Shown here piece by piece: positions 40,001-52,490 of a DNA stretch of 64,000 nt. The stretch covers positions 464,364 to 528,363 of the forward strand of contig NMRA01000123.1 of the NCBI GenBank assembly GCA_002633005.1. The letters run 5' to 3'. The first letter of the stretch is position 1. Every line of letters starts with the position of its first letter. The notes under the pieces are model-generated. The model was not told the origin of the DNA. It saw only the letters and a list, made by a program, of their open reading frames with translations, and made no database searches. Source of the DNA: Phoronis australis (taxonomy: Eukaryota > Animalia > Phoronida). Position numbers and translations under genes: made by a program.

Positions 40001-41539
40001 TGTTGTGACTTTGACACTTGAAATGCAACACGTTCCTTATGCCCGACCACCAACTTGAAGCAGTAAAAGCACGAGAAAATGGGTAGAATAAAGCATGAGA
40101 AGGAGAATTCTGGTGTTTTCTCAAGATATGAAAGGCGCCCTAAGCAGCTAGGTGGGAAATACATTGGACGACTTGATAACTAAGTCTACACGTACAATAT
40201 CAAACACCGGGAAACTTGTTTCAAAAAACTGATGACAGCGTTAAATGACGTTTTCACCCACAAAAGCATGTGACATGCATGGTACGTTTTTTGACGATGA
40301 GACCTATGGAGGCAAAAAGGACAATCACGTACATGTACGTACCGAGACTACGCGAGCTAGCTAATCAATTTCAACGTCGTTTCACAGCTTCCTTTTCTGG
40401 ATTTCGTAGCAAAAGGCAAGACAGTTTTCAATAGTTCGCTCGTGACGCCCACTTTCCTAACTTTTCAATCTATTTCAGATGCTGCAATTTGGGCCAATGG
40501 ACATACGAGCCTGTATATGTTCTTATATTAAGAAATAAATATTAGAAAGCAAGTGTTCTATTACTTTTTTGAATCATGCACGTTTTCATGCTACAAACTT
40601 GGAGGCACAATTGCAATTATGGCTCAGCACCGAGAGTCGGAAATTTTTTAAATCTTATTAGTCTTTTTCATTTCTCATCTGCTCTCGCGCCGCTTTACCC
40701 TGAAGTCCGCAATTTTGGCGAGGGTCACGTGCCCCGTCCTTGCTTCCTACAGCACTAATATGAATGAAATCAACCGACAAACTACTGTACTGTTCAGTCG
40801 AAAAATCACCAGACTACAATTATCTTTTTTCTCTTGCCCTTTACTGGAAAATTGTCAGTGTCCAATCGTTCAATAACCAGAAAGGGTCGACGGGGTACAA
40901 AATGCATTTGCCAAAATTAAATGTAATCGAGAATAGTTCTCGAGTCTACGTACGTGTGCAAAGGTCTTGAATGGAGTTTGGGGTTTGGCATTTTTCGAGT
41001 ATTATTCCAATGAGTACGTCAAGTTTGAGTCCAAATCACTGAGTAAGTTAAGGGTAACCTTTAGAGATGACGGGTACTGAACATGGGTGTCGACAGTCAA
41101 TCTTGGGGGAATTTTGAGCGAGTTGGAACCATTCTCTCGACATCGCCATGATCATTCTGGCGGTGATGGCGAATTCGAGAGTATACAACATTCACACTTG
41201 TCTCACAAAAGAGGTCGCTTACAGATCACTCGAAGATGAGCGGGGCCCGACATATCTGCTCCGTGAAGATTTTTCACTTGACAATGGTAAAGGTCAGCAT
41301 CGTCGGTGGGATGGACACGTGATATGATGAGCCGGCTTCCTTCATTTACTGTCCTGTACTTCTCGATGCTTGTGTTTAATTTTACTGGGTAGTGATCGTG
41401 ATAGTACGAACGTTTTCCTTTCCACCAACTTATTCTGAGTCGTGGGAAACAAAGGAGTAATTAGCATATAAGCAGGGCCTTAAAAATTGCTTTTGCATGA
41501 TATCCAAGCTCTCATTCACTCCCTTGCATACACGCACCA

Positions 41540-41740
41540 GTAAAGCCGAGCTCAGAGGAGTAAGAGGCATCTTTGCACAATGCTCGATTGTCAGCCATTA
41601 AAGTCAGGATTCGAGCTTGAGCATCCCAAACGGGAGTCCAACTCAAAGCACTGAGCCACACTTTGTCCTTGTAAAGAGGGATTAGTGACGCTGAAATTTA
41701 CGGACTCACAAGTTCCGTGTGCTATTTCTCAGCAAGAGGT
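41540..41740 (-). pseudogene. Decayed PAN-like exon remnant
   Basis: SVAQCFELDSRLGCSSSNPDFNG*QSSIVQRCLLL. Confidence 0.3.
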
Positions 41741-43056
41741 ACGTGCCTATGCCTGCTGTTTGGTCTTCTAGAGAATTCGACTTCTATTTTCAGGGGCCCG
41801 TTTGATGGAGCTTTTTTCGTCTGAACTAACACCGAAATCAAGCCAACTTCAATTTTTAAACACCAAAACTATGGCCGAAATCGGTTTAAGCTAACACCGA
41901 AAGTTATTCAGCTACGGAATAGGCTGAAAACTGAACTTCTAGTCTAAATGGCCGAACTTTACAACTAATGTCACTGTGAATTGTTGAAAAACAAATGTTT
42001 TAGATATATTTCGAAGTCTAATGTCCATGAACAATGTCCAATTGAAGATGGTGTGCTTCCGATTAGAGAACCCGCAAACCAAACTGAGTCTATGTAGTGA
42101 GCTTTCACTTCACATGTAAAAAGATATCTTCCACTTAAACCAGGGAGATCTCATGCCGAATGAGGACTCGACCATATCCAAAGTCTTGCAAATAACCGCC
42201 ATCGAAATTTTAAAAAGCAAGATTTTTCTTCAAACCGTAATTCACAAACTGTGTCGCTAAGTGTTGTGAATTCACAACTGACTGCAAAGACGCAGATTGT
42301 TTGGTCACGCAGTCACAAACAGAATTATTTTCTAAGTGAGGGGCATACCCAACACCGTCCTGGAGTTCATCAAATGGTCTATTATGAAGTTTTATCTTAA
42401 TTTAAACACATTTTTGGTCTAAAAAAAGTATTTCAACACTTTAAGTCTTTTAAAAGAAGCACTTTTTATGGACCGGGTTCTTGAGCTCCAGGGCACGAGA
42501 TCGGGACTCTTAACACATACAGTACTTAAATACTCCACTCAACCTTGTTCAAGCTTACAAAACTATTCGCAAATCCCGAGGTATGAGGTTTTCATCGAAA
42601 CCACTGCCAGAGTCCCAACGACTAAGTCGATTAGATAACTTATCTATACACGTGTAGTTTTGGTTCTCTCACAAATTAAGGGAATCACCCCCAGAGGACT
42701 TAAGTTACTTCGCTGCGTGAAGGAAAACCACACTTACTGAGTTCGTACAATGGCCATGTGTCACACAAAAGAATTTTATTAAGATATCTTAAGAGATTTA
42801 GTAGATTTTAGTATGCCTGTTGTTACGAAACTAGCGAAAATTTTAAAAATTATTATGTATATTTTTCTGTTATCGGCGTTGTACTTAATGGGTGGATGAC
42901 TGTCTCCACCGTTGTTGTTTTTACCAGTGCGATACTGAGGAGTTGCGAGGAAAGTCCGTCAGACGTGAAAAGATGCGTTTGTGGAGGCTGTAGTAACAGC
43001 AACTTTACTCAGAACGTCTATGTGTTCAAATTTTGTAAATACATGCATAGAAAAAC

Positions 43057-43212
43057 TGTTAACGTTGATGATCCCAGATTCGATTCGAGTCCGTTCTTAA
43101 AAGACACACTACAGCCATTTTTGAGGAAGTCACTTGGTATCTATTTTTCAGACAGCGGAGAGCGTACATCAAACAACACGCCATCTAGCGGTCGCAATAC
43201 ATAATCTTTACA
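43057..43212 (-). repeat. 3' LTR (156 bp)
   Basis: Direct repeat of 47245-47401. Adjacent polypurine tract gaggggaaggg on the minus strand (43213-43223). Confidence 0.95.
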
Positions 43213-43269
43213 CCCTTCCCCTCAAGCTTGGAAAACTTAACTACAGGAACAACAAACAGTTTTACAAGT

Positions 43270-46227
43270 TCAACCTGTCCGGGGGCTTAACATTTCTGAG
43301 CGAACGTCTAAGAGCCGGTACTGGCGGAGCTTCCGGAAAACAGGCACAGATGCTGAGGGTGATTCCACGACATCCCTGTTAGATTCGGGAACAATGGGTG
43401 AACTCAACATATCATCAGGGCTTGTCGCTGAATCAGGCACATTAACATTAGGCACAGGTTCAATCATTACCAGAAGACAAATGATAGTTACTTCTACACT
43501 TCTATCATGCAAACTGGGAGATGTACAATCTAGCTGCATCTGGTCAACATGACGTCTGTAATATTTGTCATTGACAGATTTCACCAAATACATGCGAGAC
43601 CCTAAACTTTCCATAATGATACCTGGCAACTTATTAGGGCCAACACCAAAGTTTTGAAACAGAACCTTATCACCAATCTCAAATACACGTAATTTACCAG
43701 ATTTGTGATTTTCACATTGAAAAGCTTGTTTAGTTTTGACTCGGCTAGTGAAATCAGGTTTCACTCTGTTTAAAGCAGTCATTAATCTACGATTCATAAG
43801 CAACTCTGCGTGTGTAACTCCCGTCACAGAATGTGGTCGTGTTCTGTAGCTCAGTAAAACCCGTGACAAACGTGTTTCGAGCGACCCTTCTGCGACACGC
43901 TTCAAACCATTCTTGATAATCTGCACTGCCCTTTCTGCAGCGTCGTTCGATGCAGGCTTAAATGGCGCACTAGTGACATGCTTAATACCGTTTTTCACAA
44001 GAAAATCTTGGAATGTCCGACTAATAAATGCACTAACATTATCTGAAACAATGGTATCAGGCAAACCATGGGTTGCAAAAATACGACGTAATTTCTCAAT
44101 GGTCAACTCAGCAGTAATGCTGCTCATGGTACATGACTCAATCCATTTAGAGTAGGCATCAATGACTATGAGAAAATACGTACCGAGAAATGGTCCAGCA
44201 AAATCAATATGAAGACTTTCCCAAGGTGCGGTAGGGAGCTGCCACATGCTCAATGGTGCCTCAGCAGGTTTCTTACTCAACATTTAACAAGTTTTACATT
44301 TCCTAACAACATCACTGAATCTAAACCAGGCCACCAAACATAGTTTCTACTCAAAGATTTCATAGCACAAATACCAGGATGTGCATCATGTAACTCATCT
44401 AAAATCTTAACACGACCTTGCGGGGGAATAATCACACGTGATCCCCACAAAACTAAGTTGTCTTGTACACTTAGTTCAAGCTTCCTGCTTACATAGGGTG
44501 TCAAATCATCAAGTAACTCAGGTGGTAACTTATCCCAACTACCTGACATAATACATGACTTAACAGTAGATAACACAGGTCACGACTTGTCCAAAGTCTC
44601 AACTGCGATGCAGATACAGGAGATTCACTATTTTGTAATGTTTGCAACAACAAAACCAGATCACCAGGGGTAGGAGTGTTTACCTCCTGAAACGGCAATG
44701 GCAATCTACTGAGAGCATCTGCAACACAATTGGGTGATCCCTTACGATAACAAATACAGTAATCATAACCTGACAACGTCAAGGCCCAACGCTGCATTCT
44801 GGCAGACGCCATAGGAGGTATAGATTCTGTCCCATGTAAAAGGGTTAAAAGGGGTTTGTGATCTGTTTCTAGTGCTAATTTACGACCCCAAACATACTGG
44901 TGCATTTTCTTAACAGCGAAAACACAAGCTAGACCCTCCTTGTCAACCATCCCATAGTTTCGTTCGGCCTTGTTCAAAGATCTAGATGCATATGCAATAG
45001 GCGATTCAATTCCATCAGGGTTTATGCGAGACAAAGTGCAACCTAAACCATACGAAGACGCATCACACGACAGTAGTAATGGTTTATCAGGGTCATAATG
45101 AACTAACAATGGAGATGAACACAGCAGTTCCTTCGCACCATCAAATGCCCTCTGACACTCTGCCGACCAAAACCAAGTTTGATTACGCCTCAACAACCGA
45201 TGAAGAGGTTCAAGTGATGTACTCAAATCACGCAAAAAAGATCCATAATGGTTTAGCATACCCAAAAAGGCTTTGAGTTCAGAGGCATTTGATGGTACGG
45301 GAGCATTCAAGATAGCTTTAACACGATCCTGAGTAGGGCGAAGTCCTTCAGAGGTGACGCGACGACCCAAATACAACCTCTGACTGCATCAGTGAATACT
45401 TGTCTTTACGGAGCCGAAGACCGGATTCTGAGAAACGATGCAGTACTTCACGCAGATTGTCTAAGTGTTCCCTATCATCAACGCCAGTAACAAGCACGTC
45501 ATCAAGGTACACAACTACGTGCGAGATACCTTTCAACAATGTTTCCATATGGCGTTGAAACAGACCTAATACCAAACGGACACCTGTTGTAGACAAACAA
45601 TCCGGGGTGTGTGTAAATAGTGGTATACATTTTGGACTGCTCGTCCAACTCAAGTTGGTTGTAAGCGTTCGACATGTCCAACTTCGTGAACTTCTGTCCA
45701 CCGGCTAATGACGCAAACAAATCGTCCATACACGGAATCGTATAGCGGTCTAACTGAGAAACTTTGTTCACAGTTAATTTGTAGTCACCACAGATACGCA
45801 ATGACTGACCATCAGCCTTGATAACTGGCACAATGGGCGCAGCCCAATCAATGAACTCAACTGGTTTAACGATGTCAAGCCTCTGCAAACGATGCAACTC
45901 CTCTTCTATTCTAATGCGCATAGCATGAGGCACAGAGCGAGCTTTGCAGAACAGTGGTGTGACGTCAGGGTCCACATGAATTTTAGCCTTCACATCGCGC
46001 AAAGTACCTAAAACCGGTTCGAACAAAGTTGGAAATTCATCCAACACATTTTTAGACACATCAACAGAGTTGACTGGTGTTCCTTGCATGTTGAACTCGC
46101 GCAACCAACTGCGACCCAACAACGTTGGACCTGCACTCTCCACAATCCACAACTTCAGATCCTCGACACAACCTCGGTATTTCACAGAAACAATGCATGA
46201 ACCGGCAACCGGTATCGGTTCCTTAAT
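43270..46227 (-). pseudogene. pol: Gypsy pol (RT YLDD, RNase H, integrase) with several frameshifts
   Basis: WAAPIVPV..LRICGDYK, VYLDDVLV, CDASSYGLG..ETDHKPL, HDAHPG..YVWWPG, HIDFAGP..SDN..AERAVQ are spread over five ORF fragments. Confidence 0.9.
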
Positions 46228-47226
46228 TTACGTACGCAATGGCAACTCTTCTGGATGCGAATCATCACTCCACGTCTCGAAAAATGTGTCACGAGACATA
46301 AGTGAACGACTGGAACCATTGTCAACCTCCATGGTAACAGGTATTCCATTAAGAGTCAATGTCAACCTGTCTGGCTCATCACCGATAGTTTCATTTATGT
46401 GATACACACCATAGGCATCCACCTCCTGTGTGTCCTCTTGAGACGTTTCTTGAGAGCCTGGAGACACAGATACATGGTGGGTTGAATGACATACCTTTTT
46501 AATGTGCCCTATCTTACTACATTTGTAACATGTGGCATTTATGAACCGGCACTCATGAACCTTGTGCTTGCCTTTGCAACGCCAGCATGATCCATTGAAG
46601 TTTGACGGTGTGGAGCTATTTCCACGAGTTCTACGAGGTGCAGGGTTGGGCTTGGGTTTCACCCCACCTTCAGCTCCAGCTACTTTGTGAACATCTTGCG
46701 GTGCTGGGCGGATTTCTTTAGAGTCCTTCTTCGCCGCCTCCATAGCAACCACAATGTCAACGGCATCTTGAAACTTCAAGTTTTTCTCCCGTAAGACACG
46801 TTGTTGCATTTTATCTGAGTAAAGGCCCATAACCAACTGGTCTCTTAGACGCTCCTCAAGTGTAGTTTTAAAATCACAGTGAATACTTAGGGTTTTCAAC
46901 GCCGCAATATAATCACGGGTGGACTCTGTGGGCTTTTGTATCTTTTTCATGAATCGGAAACGTTCCATAATCACCACCGGTTTTGGAGAGTAATGTTCTT
47001 TCAGCGTAGCGACGCATTGTTGAAACGTTTTGTCCTTAGGGGCTGCCGGAGACACCAATGTTTTCAACAGATCATAAGCCGTTTCACCGATAACGGCTAA
47101 AAAACAACTAACATGTTTTCCGGAGGGCAAATCATTTGCCTCGAAATACGCCTCCAATCGTTCGATGTATGACTCAAAGTTAGTTGATTCTGTTAATGGA
47201 GATATTGATCCAATTAAAGACGACAT
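46228..47226 (-). CDS. gag: Gypsy gag with two zinc knuckles and start of protease (premature stop)
   Basis: MSSLIGSI..YIERLEAYF..LRDQLVMG; CWRCKGKHKVHEC and CYKCSKIGHIKKVC; protease motif mutated to VDNG. Confidence 0.85.
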   Translation of the reverse strand: MSSLIGSISPLTESTNFESYIERLEAYFEANDLPSGKHVSCFLAVIGETAYDLLKTLVSPAAPKDKTFQQCVATLKEHYSPKPVVIMERFRFMKKIQKPTESTRDYIAALKTLSIHCDFKTTLEERLRDQLVMGLYSDKMQQRVLREKNLKFQDAVDIVVAMEAAKKDSKEIRPAPQDVHKVAGAEGGVKPKPNPAPRRTRGNSSTPSNFNGSCWRCKGKHKVHECRFINATCYKCSKIGHIKKVCHSTHHVSVSPGSQETSQEDTQEVDAYGVYHINETIGDEPDRLTLTLNGIPVTMEVDNGSSRSLMSRDTFFETWSDDSHPEELPLRT

Positions 47227-47232
47227 TTTTAT

Positions 47233-47243
47233 CTCGTCGCCAA
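47233..47243 (-). promoter_or_regulatory. Primer binding site TGGCGACGAG (tRNA-Ser(GCU)-like)
   Basis: Lies immediately inside the 5' LTR and is complementary to a tRNA 3' end ...CTCGTCGCCA. Confidence 0.75.
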
Positions 47244-47244
47244 C

Positions 47245-47401
47245 TGTTAACGTTGATGATCCCAGATTCGATTCGAGTCCGTTCTTAAAAGACACACTAC
47301 AGCCATTTTTGAGGAAGTCACTTGACATCTATTTTGCAGGCAGCGGAGAGCGTACATCAAACAACACGTCATCTAGCGGTCACAATACATAATCTATTAC
47401 A
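47245..47401 (-). repeat. 5' LTR (157 bp)
   Basis: Direct repeat of 43057-43212 with about 6 substitutions and 1 indel. Confidence 0.95.
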
Positions 47402-48024
47402 AAAACTGAACTGAAATACATGTAGAATCGGTTTGTGCGCCGCACGAGAGTGTGGAATGTCAGCCGTGCAGAGCAGGTGATTCAATCGGGAGCTACACTT
47501 ATTTCAACGCGTTTAAAGGCATCGTGTTTCGACCACACACAAAAGCGGCGTTGCGATGGAAGTCTCTCCACCTTGTAAGTGTATTTGAAAGTTTTATAGA
47601 AAAACGAGCAAATCGTCCTCGTCTTCTGATCAACTGTGTTCCGCCATTGCAATTGATTGTCAAGTGGCCAAACGTCTTCCACACCTTACATCATTTGAGA
47701 GGAAACTTGGAAACAACTAACTTTTCTTCAAAATTAAAAAATCGCTACTGCTTGACATATAAGTGATTATTTACTTAGATTTAATGGCATTCTTTCATTT
47801 TAGCTAACTGAAACCTCAAAAACTGAGAAAATGCACGGTGGAAAATCTTAAAAGGTGGTATCCGTTCCTTGAGGACGAACGGTTTGCGCTAAAAGTGCAT
47901 ATACTCAATCGTATGTTCTCTTCACCGTTTGGTCTTATTTGTCCAGCACGTGACCTTGATGTCGCCAGAACAACGTAAGCGGTTACACGCGTAGGCTGAA
48001 TTTCAAATAGTACCATCTTCTTAC

Positions 48025-48095
48025 CTTGGGTCATTATAACCAATGCGAAAACAATAGACAACGCGATTAGCAAGTTCAAAGAAGGCGAAGTACAT
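48025..48095 (-). pseudogene. Signal-peptide-like first exon with 1-nt frameshift after ATG
   Basis: ATG(T)ACTTCGCCT...: TSPSLNLLIALSIVFALVIMTQ G|gtaaga, a phase-1 donor. Confidence 0.45.
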
Positions 48096-48964
48096 TCAGT
48101 AATACGTCAACAGTGCACGTAGGCGCACGTTGTCGCACGTAGGCGCACGTAGGCGCAGCAAGCCATCTTTTGACATTTGAACGTAGCGCCTACGCACTGT
48201 TAGTTAGGTTCAGTGATCAAGATGATACGGTATGCTTTCGGCCCCTACTTACCTGTAATTTCATAATTTCATCACTACAGCACTGAGCTATTATTAAAAT
48301 AATTTTCAGTCTTTCTCATTAACATAAGTAATCATTGGCGGATATTTTAAGCAAACCGGGGCATCGTCACAGTCTAGAACTGAGAGCAATGGCCGTGTTT
48401 AGATAAGTCAGCTGGCGCAACTGCACAACAGACATGTTCGTAAAATGCAAACACTCATGTTTCCACGTGGACAATGAGTGTAATTGCCTGTATGAGACAT
48501 GGGCACAGATTTCTTTGAACATGAAACAAATGCAGACCTATATCATTAGTCATTGATCCCAACTGCCGGAATTCGCTGAGAGCTGCCTAAATGCATTTAC
48601 ATGTATTAATGCATTGCTTCACCTTTTCTTAAGTTTTCGGATGAGCAGAAAACATTAGATTACTTACTCGGGTTTCGGCATTCCAGTTACGATACAATCG
48701 AATACAGCATTCTGGCCCTGGCGAAGGATCTGATCACGTGGGTTTTCAATAACTCTTGGACGTTTCATAACTGTTTTCTCTGTACAACGGAAACAAAAAC
48801 AGCGTTGTACAAATCATATCAAGAAGTAACAAAAGTTAAACGGTAGATGGTACAGACGTGTAAATCGAGATCCTGATATAATCCTAGCAAAGTAGGACGC
48901 GAGAACATGCAAGCACAATAATGGTCCACCACATTTGTCCTACGAAGATTGGGAGCATACAGTA

Positions 48965-50368
48965 CAGCCACTGAATTTTTAGACTTCGTCCGGGCCACCT
49001 CACGCCTGGACAGACCGGAGCGCAACCGGAACACAGGCGTGACAGAAATCAGTCACAGTCGCCTCACGCCCACTCTCCGGGTAGTCCTCACGCTTACCTC
49101 CAGTTTAGTTAACGCCTTCCTCACGCCTCGTTCACGCTTTTTTCGCGCCTCCGTCAGGATTACCTCAAGCTTTCTTCACGCCTTCGGTAGCTGTGGTAAC
49201 CATGGTAGGGCACCGGGCTAATCAGTAAAAATACATGTAACGTCTTGATTGCCTGTCGTTTCGGTCAAGTTGCAAAGATATTATAGTATATTATAGAGTA
49301 TCTTTGCAAGCAGTCATCTATCACACTTGGGTTCCGACTAACTCTGTAACTCCACGTGTTGTTCATACAAACGTCTTCCTTCAGCTCGTCTTGTGTTACA
49401 CTTACATGTACATGTTCAATTTACGACTTAAGAGCCAGTCCCATCAACGACAAACATGTACAGTAACCACTATTAGTAAATGCGAATAAACGCGACCCTG
49501 TGCCCAGAGTCATCTTTACATGGCTGTGGACTCCTTGAAACTTGTCACGGGTGGACATAGTTAATTCGCCTTAAAAATAGCCTGCGCATCTTGTGAAGTA
49601 TTGCGTCACTCCGTAAATTTTTGCACCGCACTGGCGTACAGAAAATTTCAATAGGCCGCCCTTCTGACATACCCATCCCTTACTGCAAGCAAATGTTTTG
49701 ACTTAAAAGTCCTGAATCCGTAGTGCAGTTCAATTATCTGTAGCCCACTCCCCGTAGTACATGCGTATCGGCTGAGTACACAGCATCCCCGGGGTACTTC
49801 TTCACTAAAATAATAATAGCGGTCATCTGTTTAACTCGTCAAATGCATGAGCGTGATCAGTTTTCTCCGCATGATGCCAGAACTTGGGATCAATGTGCTC
49901 AGAATTGACATGCTATGCTCCTTCATATCGTGAAGGCAATTGAATAATTCCGCCGTGTACACGTGTGTCAAGACTCTTTATTAGTTTATATCAAAAACAA
50001 ATAATTTTATAGACATGTAAGTGAAAAGTAAAGTCCACAGGTCTGTTTTCTGAAGTGACTTAAGATTTGAGACGGAAATTTTGGTCTTTTACTGCATCTG
50101 ACGATTTCAAAAAAAAAATTAAACTTCACTTGGGCAAAAGTCTATGAGAATACACACATCACTGCTAGTTACTGATGTAATTTACTTTATCATCTGCGAT
50201 GCAGGTAAACTCACGCCTAACTCACGGTAAGCTTGGGGTACAGTCACGCTTAGGCTTACGCCAGCTGTCACGGTTGATTCACGCCTCACTCTCCGGTCTG
50301 TCTCCGGTTACGGTCACGAGTGGCTGGACCGGAGAGACACCTGAGAGAGTCTAATAATTCAGTGGCTG
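48965..50368. mobile_element. Tc1/mariner-like non-autonomous element (TA TSD)
   Basis: TA|CAGCCACTGAATT ... AATTCAGTGGCTG|TA, with subterminal tcacgcc and accggag repeats. Confidence 0.75.
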
Positions 50369-51835
50369 TACTGTACGTAGCGTAAAAATGATTAGATGTT
50401 GCGTTTGATGGAACTCCGATCAGTGCTACTTAAAAAAACGGAGAGAGAATGGCATTTACCTCCATAACGTTTTGCAAATGTTTCAGTAGCAATTCCTTTT
50501 ACAGGTATTTGCTGTGGATTAAAGACTTTAACAGGTGGAACATAAAAGGGTGAGAACCCATTGTGACTCGCGGACACGTGACCTCGTCGGTAACACAGAA
50601 TGTTTTTAATCATAACATCAGACCACTGAAAACTAAAAATAATCTTATAAGTGTATTTGGATCGAGTGAAGATAATTTCTCTTCATTGTCTACTATGTAA
50701 TAGCTAACCGGTACACTGAACTGAGTGAAGTGCAAAAGGATAAAATCATGAGGTACTCGTAGGAACTGACTAGACATACGCGAATGATGCGTGACATGTC
50801 AGTAGAGAGGAATACACTTTGAATGGGTTTAAACACTTTGTATCACAAACATATTTTCAAGGATCATGCTGCAATGACTGAAATTTTCACATCTACTTGT
50901 TCTACTGTACACTGCTTGGGTCAAGATTGTTAGATGACCCTGATTGCTTGTCCTGACGATTATGTTTGAGACATCGAAACATGTTGAAGTTGAAAAATCT
51001 GGTTTTACTTTTGAATATTGTTAATCAAAAGTATTGACATTGTGAGGAATTCTCAATTTTCAAGTAGTACTCAAGAGAGTTAGACCACCGATGTAGCATG
51101 AGTAAAACCTCGAGGGAATGAGCAAATGTAATAAAAAATGAGACGGCTACTACTTAGCGTTCTTGAAAGTTGCCCAATACATAATGCAACTTTTGAAGAC
51201 TCCAATTCACAAATTGATACGTTATCATACATAGCTAAATTATATTTACTAAATTTCCAACCACTCTCAATGAATGAATCCTAACAATTCATAACCTGCA
51301 CTAGGATGGTTTTTTCAAGTCATAATTCGCAATAATAATGACAGTAACACTTAAATTGAAACAACGCCAATATTTGCATTTTGCTTCTTATCTAGGGCAA
51401 AGTAACATTATCGATACCAATCGTGGGATGGACGTCTTGAAAATGCGTCTGTTTGGGTGCAATTACGTAAAGTAAACTTTGTTTTTTTTTTGAAAAATGC
51501 ACTGAACATTTTTGTAAGTTTTTATTCCAGTATTAGACTCAAACTTTATTTGTTTTCTCAACTGGATGTCTCAAAATGTTCATGCTTTTATTTTCGTTTT
51601 TCATAGCACCTACTATAATTTCTCACCCATGCATCGTCCGTAGACCATAACTCTTTGAGCTAAATCACGGCAAACGCACTTTCGACCACTCCGCTGCACG
51701 TTACAACGTTGTTGGTCTTCGGGACACTTTAGGCCTCTGTCCAATGTGTTGCAAGGTACCTCGGTTGAGTCTTAAGAAAAAAACGTATGTTACGGTATCA
51801 TTAGTTCACATGTTTTCTACTATCACCTGAAACGA

Positions 51836-52100
51836 CATAATCACAATCGTCATCGTCATCGTTGGCGTCACCGTCATTGTCAACCTCATCATTAGCATGA
51901 CCATCATCGTCACCATAACCATCGTCATTGTCATATCCGTCATCGTCAAAATTGCCATCGGCATTACGTAATCACCATCAGCACCATCGTTATTGACCTT
52001 ACCATAGTCATGAACGCCGCTAACAACATCATCATCGTCGGCAATATCGTCATCAGCACCTTTATTATCATCGCGAATAACAGCAAAATCATCAGCATTG
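51836..52100. repeat. Degenerate (CAT/CGT)n trinucleotide microsatellite
   Basis: catcgtcatc-type low-complexity sequence. Confidence 0.8.
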
Positions 52101-52232
52101 AAACCATTAGAAGTGTGAAACAGTAGCGTTAAGTTGGAATAAGATAACAATTACGTTATCATTTCTTTCACACTGTTAAAACTGTTAGCATCCATGTTTT
52201 GCTAAAAATGAACTTGATGCCTACCTTTGCAG

Positions 52233-52490
52233 GAATTGTTGTACTCCAATTTATTTTCAGGACATGCGCATAGTCTTGAACTGCACGTCATCAAAGGATC
52301 AGGGCACTTAAGACCGGACGATTCACACGGTACCATTCCCGGCACTGTAAGGTCAATAGTTCATCTCGACAGAACCGGAATGCAAAGTGGCATATTGACA
52401 TGGTCTTGTGCATCAAATTCGCTTCAATGTCAAAAATACAATATATGTAACGTAGCACTTAAACAACACGACAGTGTCCGCCAAGCTTGG
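52233..52490 (+). pseudogene. Decayed Ig remnant (plus strand)
   Basis: ctttgcag| acceptor. DMRIVLNCTSS (frameshift) VHLDRTGMQSGILTWS...KYNICNV. Confidence 0.3.

Larger units (their letters stand above)
43057..47401 (-). mobile_element. Near full-length Ty3/Gypsy (Mag-like) LTR retrotransposon, inactivated
   Basis: TG..CA LTRs at 43057-43212 and 47245-47401. 5-bp TSD AAAAC (43052-56, 47402-06). PBS TGGCGACGAG, PPT, and gag-PR-RT-RH-IN order. Confidence 0.95.
42960..47575 (+). mobile_element. Kolobok-like THAP remnant split by Gypsy insertion (42960-43056 and 47402-47575)
   Basis: KRCVCGGCSNSNFTQNVYVFKF on the left and *NRFVRRTRVW..IQSGATLISTRLKASCFD on the right are collinear with the THAP at 30050-30320. 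Confidence 0.7.

Noticed and set aside
43134-47392. Plus-strand ORFs overlapping the Gypsy element
   Set aside because: They are antisense shadows of gag/pol or LTR read-through.
48109-48201. 10-mer repeats (gcacgtaggc) forming a ~95-bp hairpin
   Set aside because: Probably a tiny MITE remnant. It has no tRNA or ncRNA hallmarks.
51806-52150. 114-aa Asp/Met/Thr-rich ORF
   Set aside because: It is a translation of a degenerate trinucleotide microsatellite.
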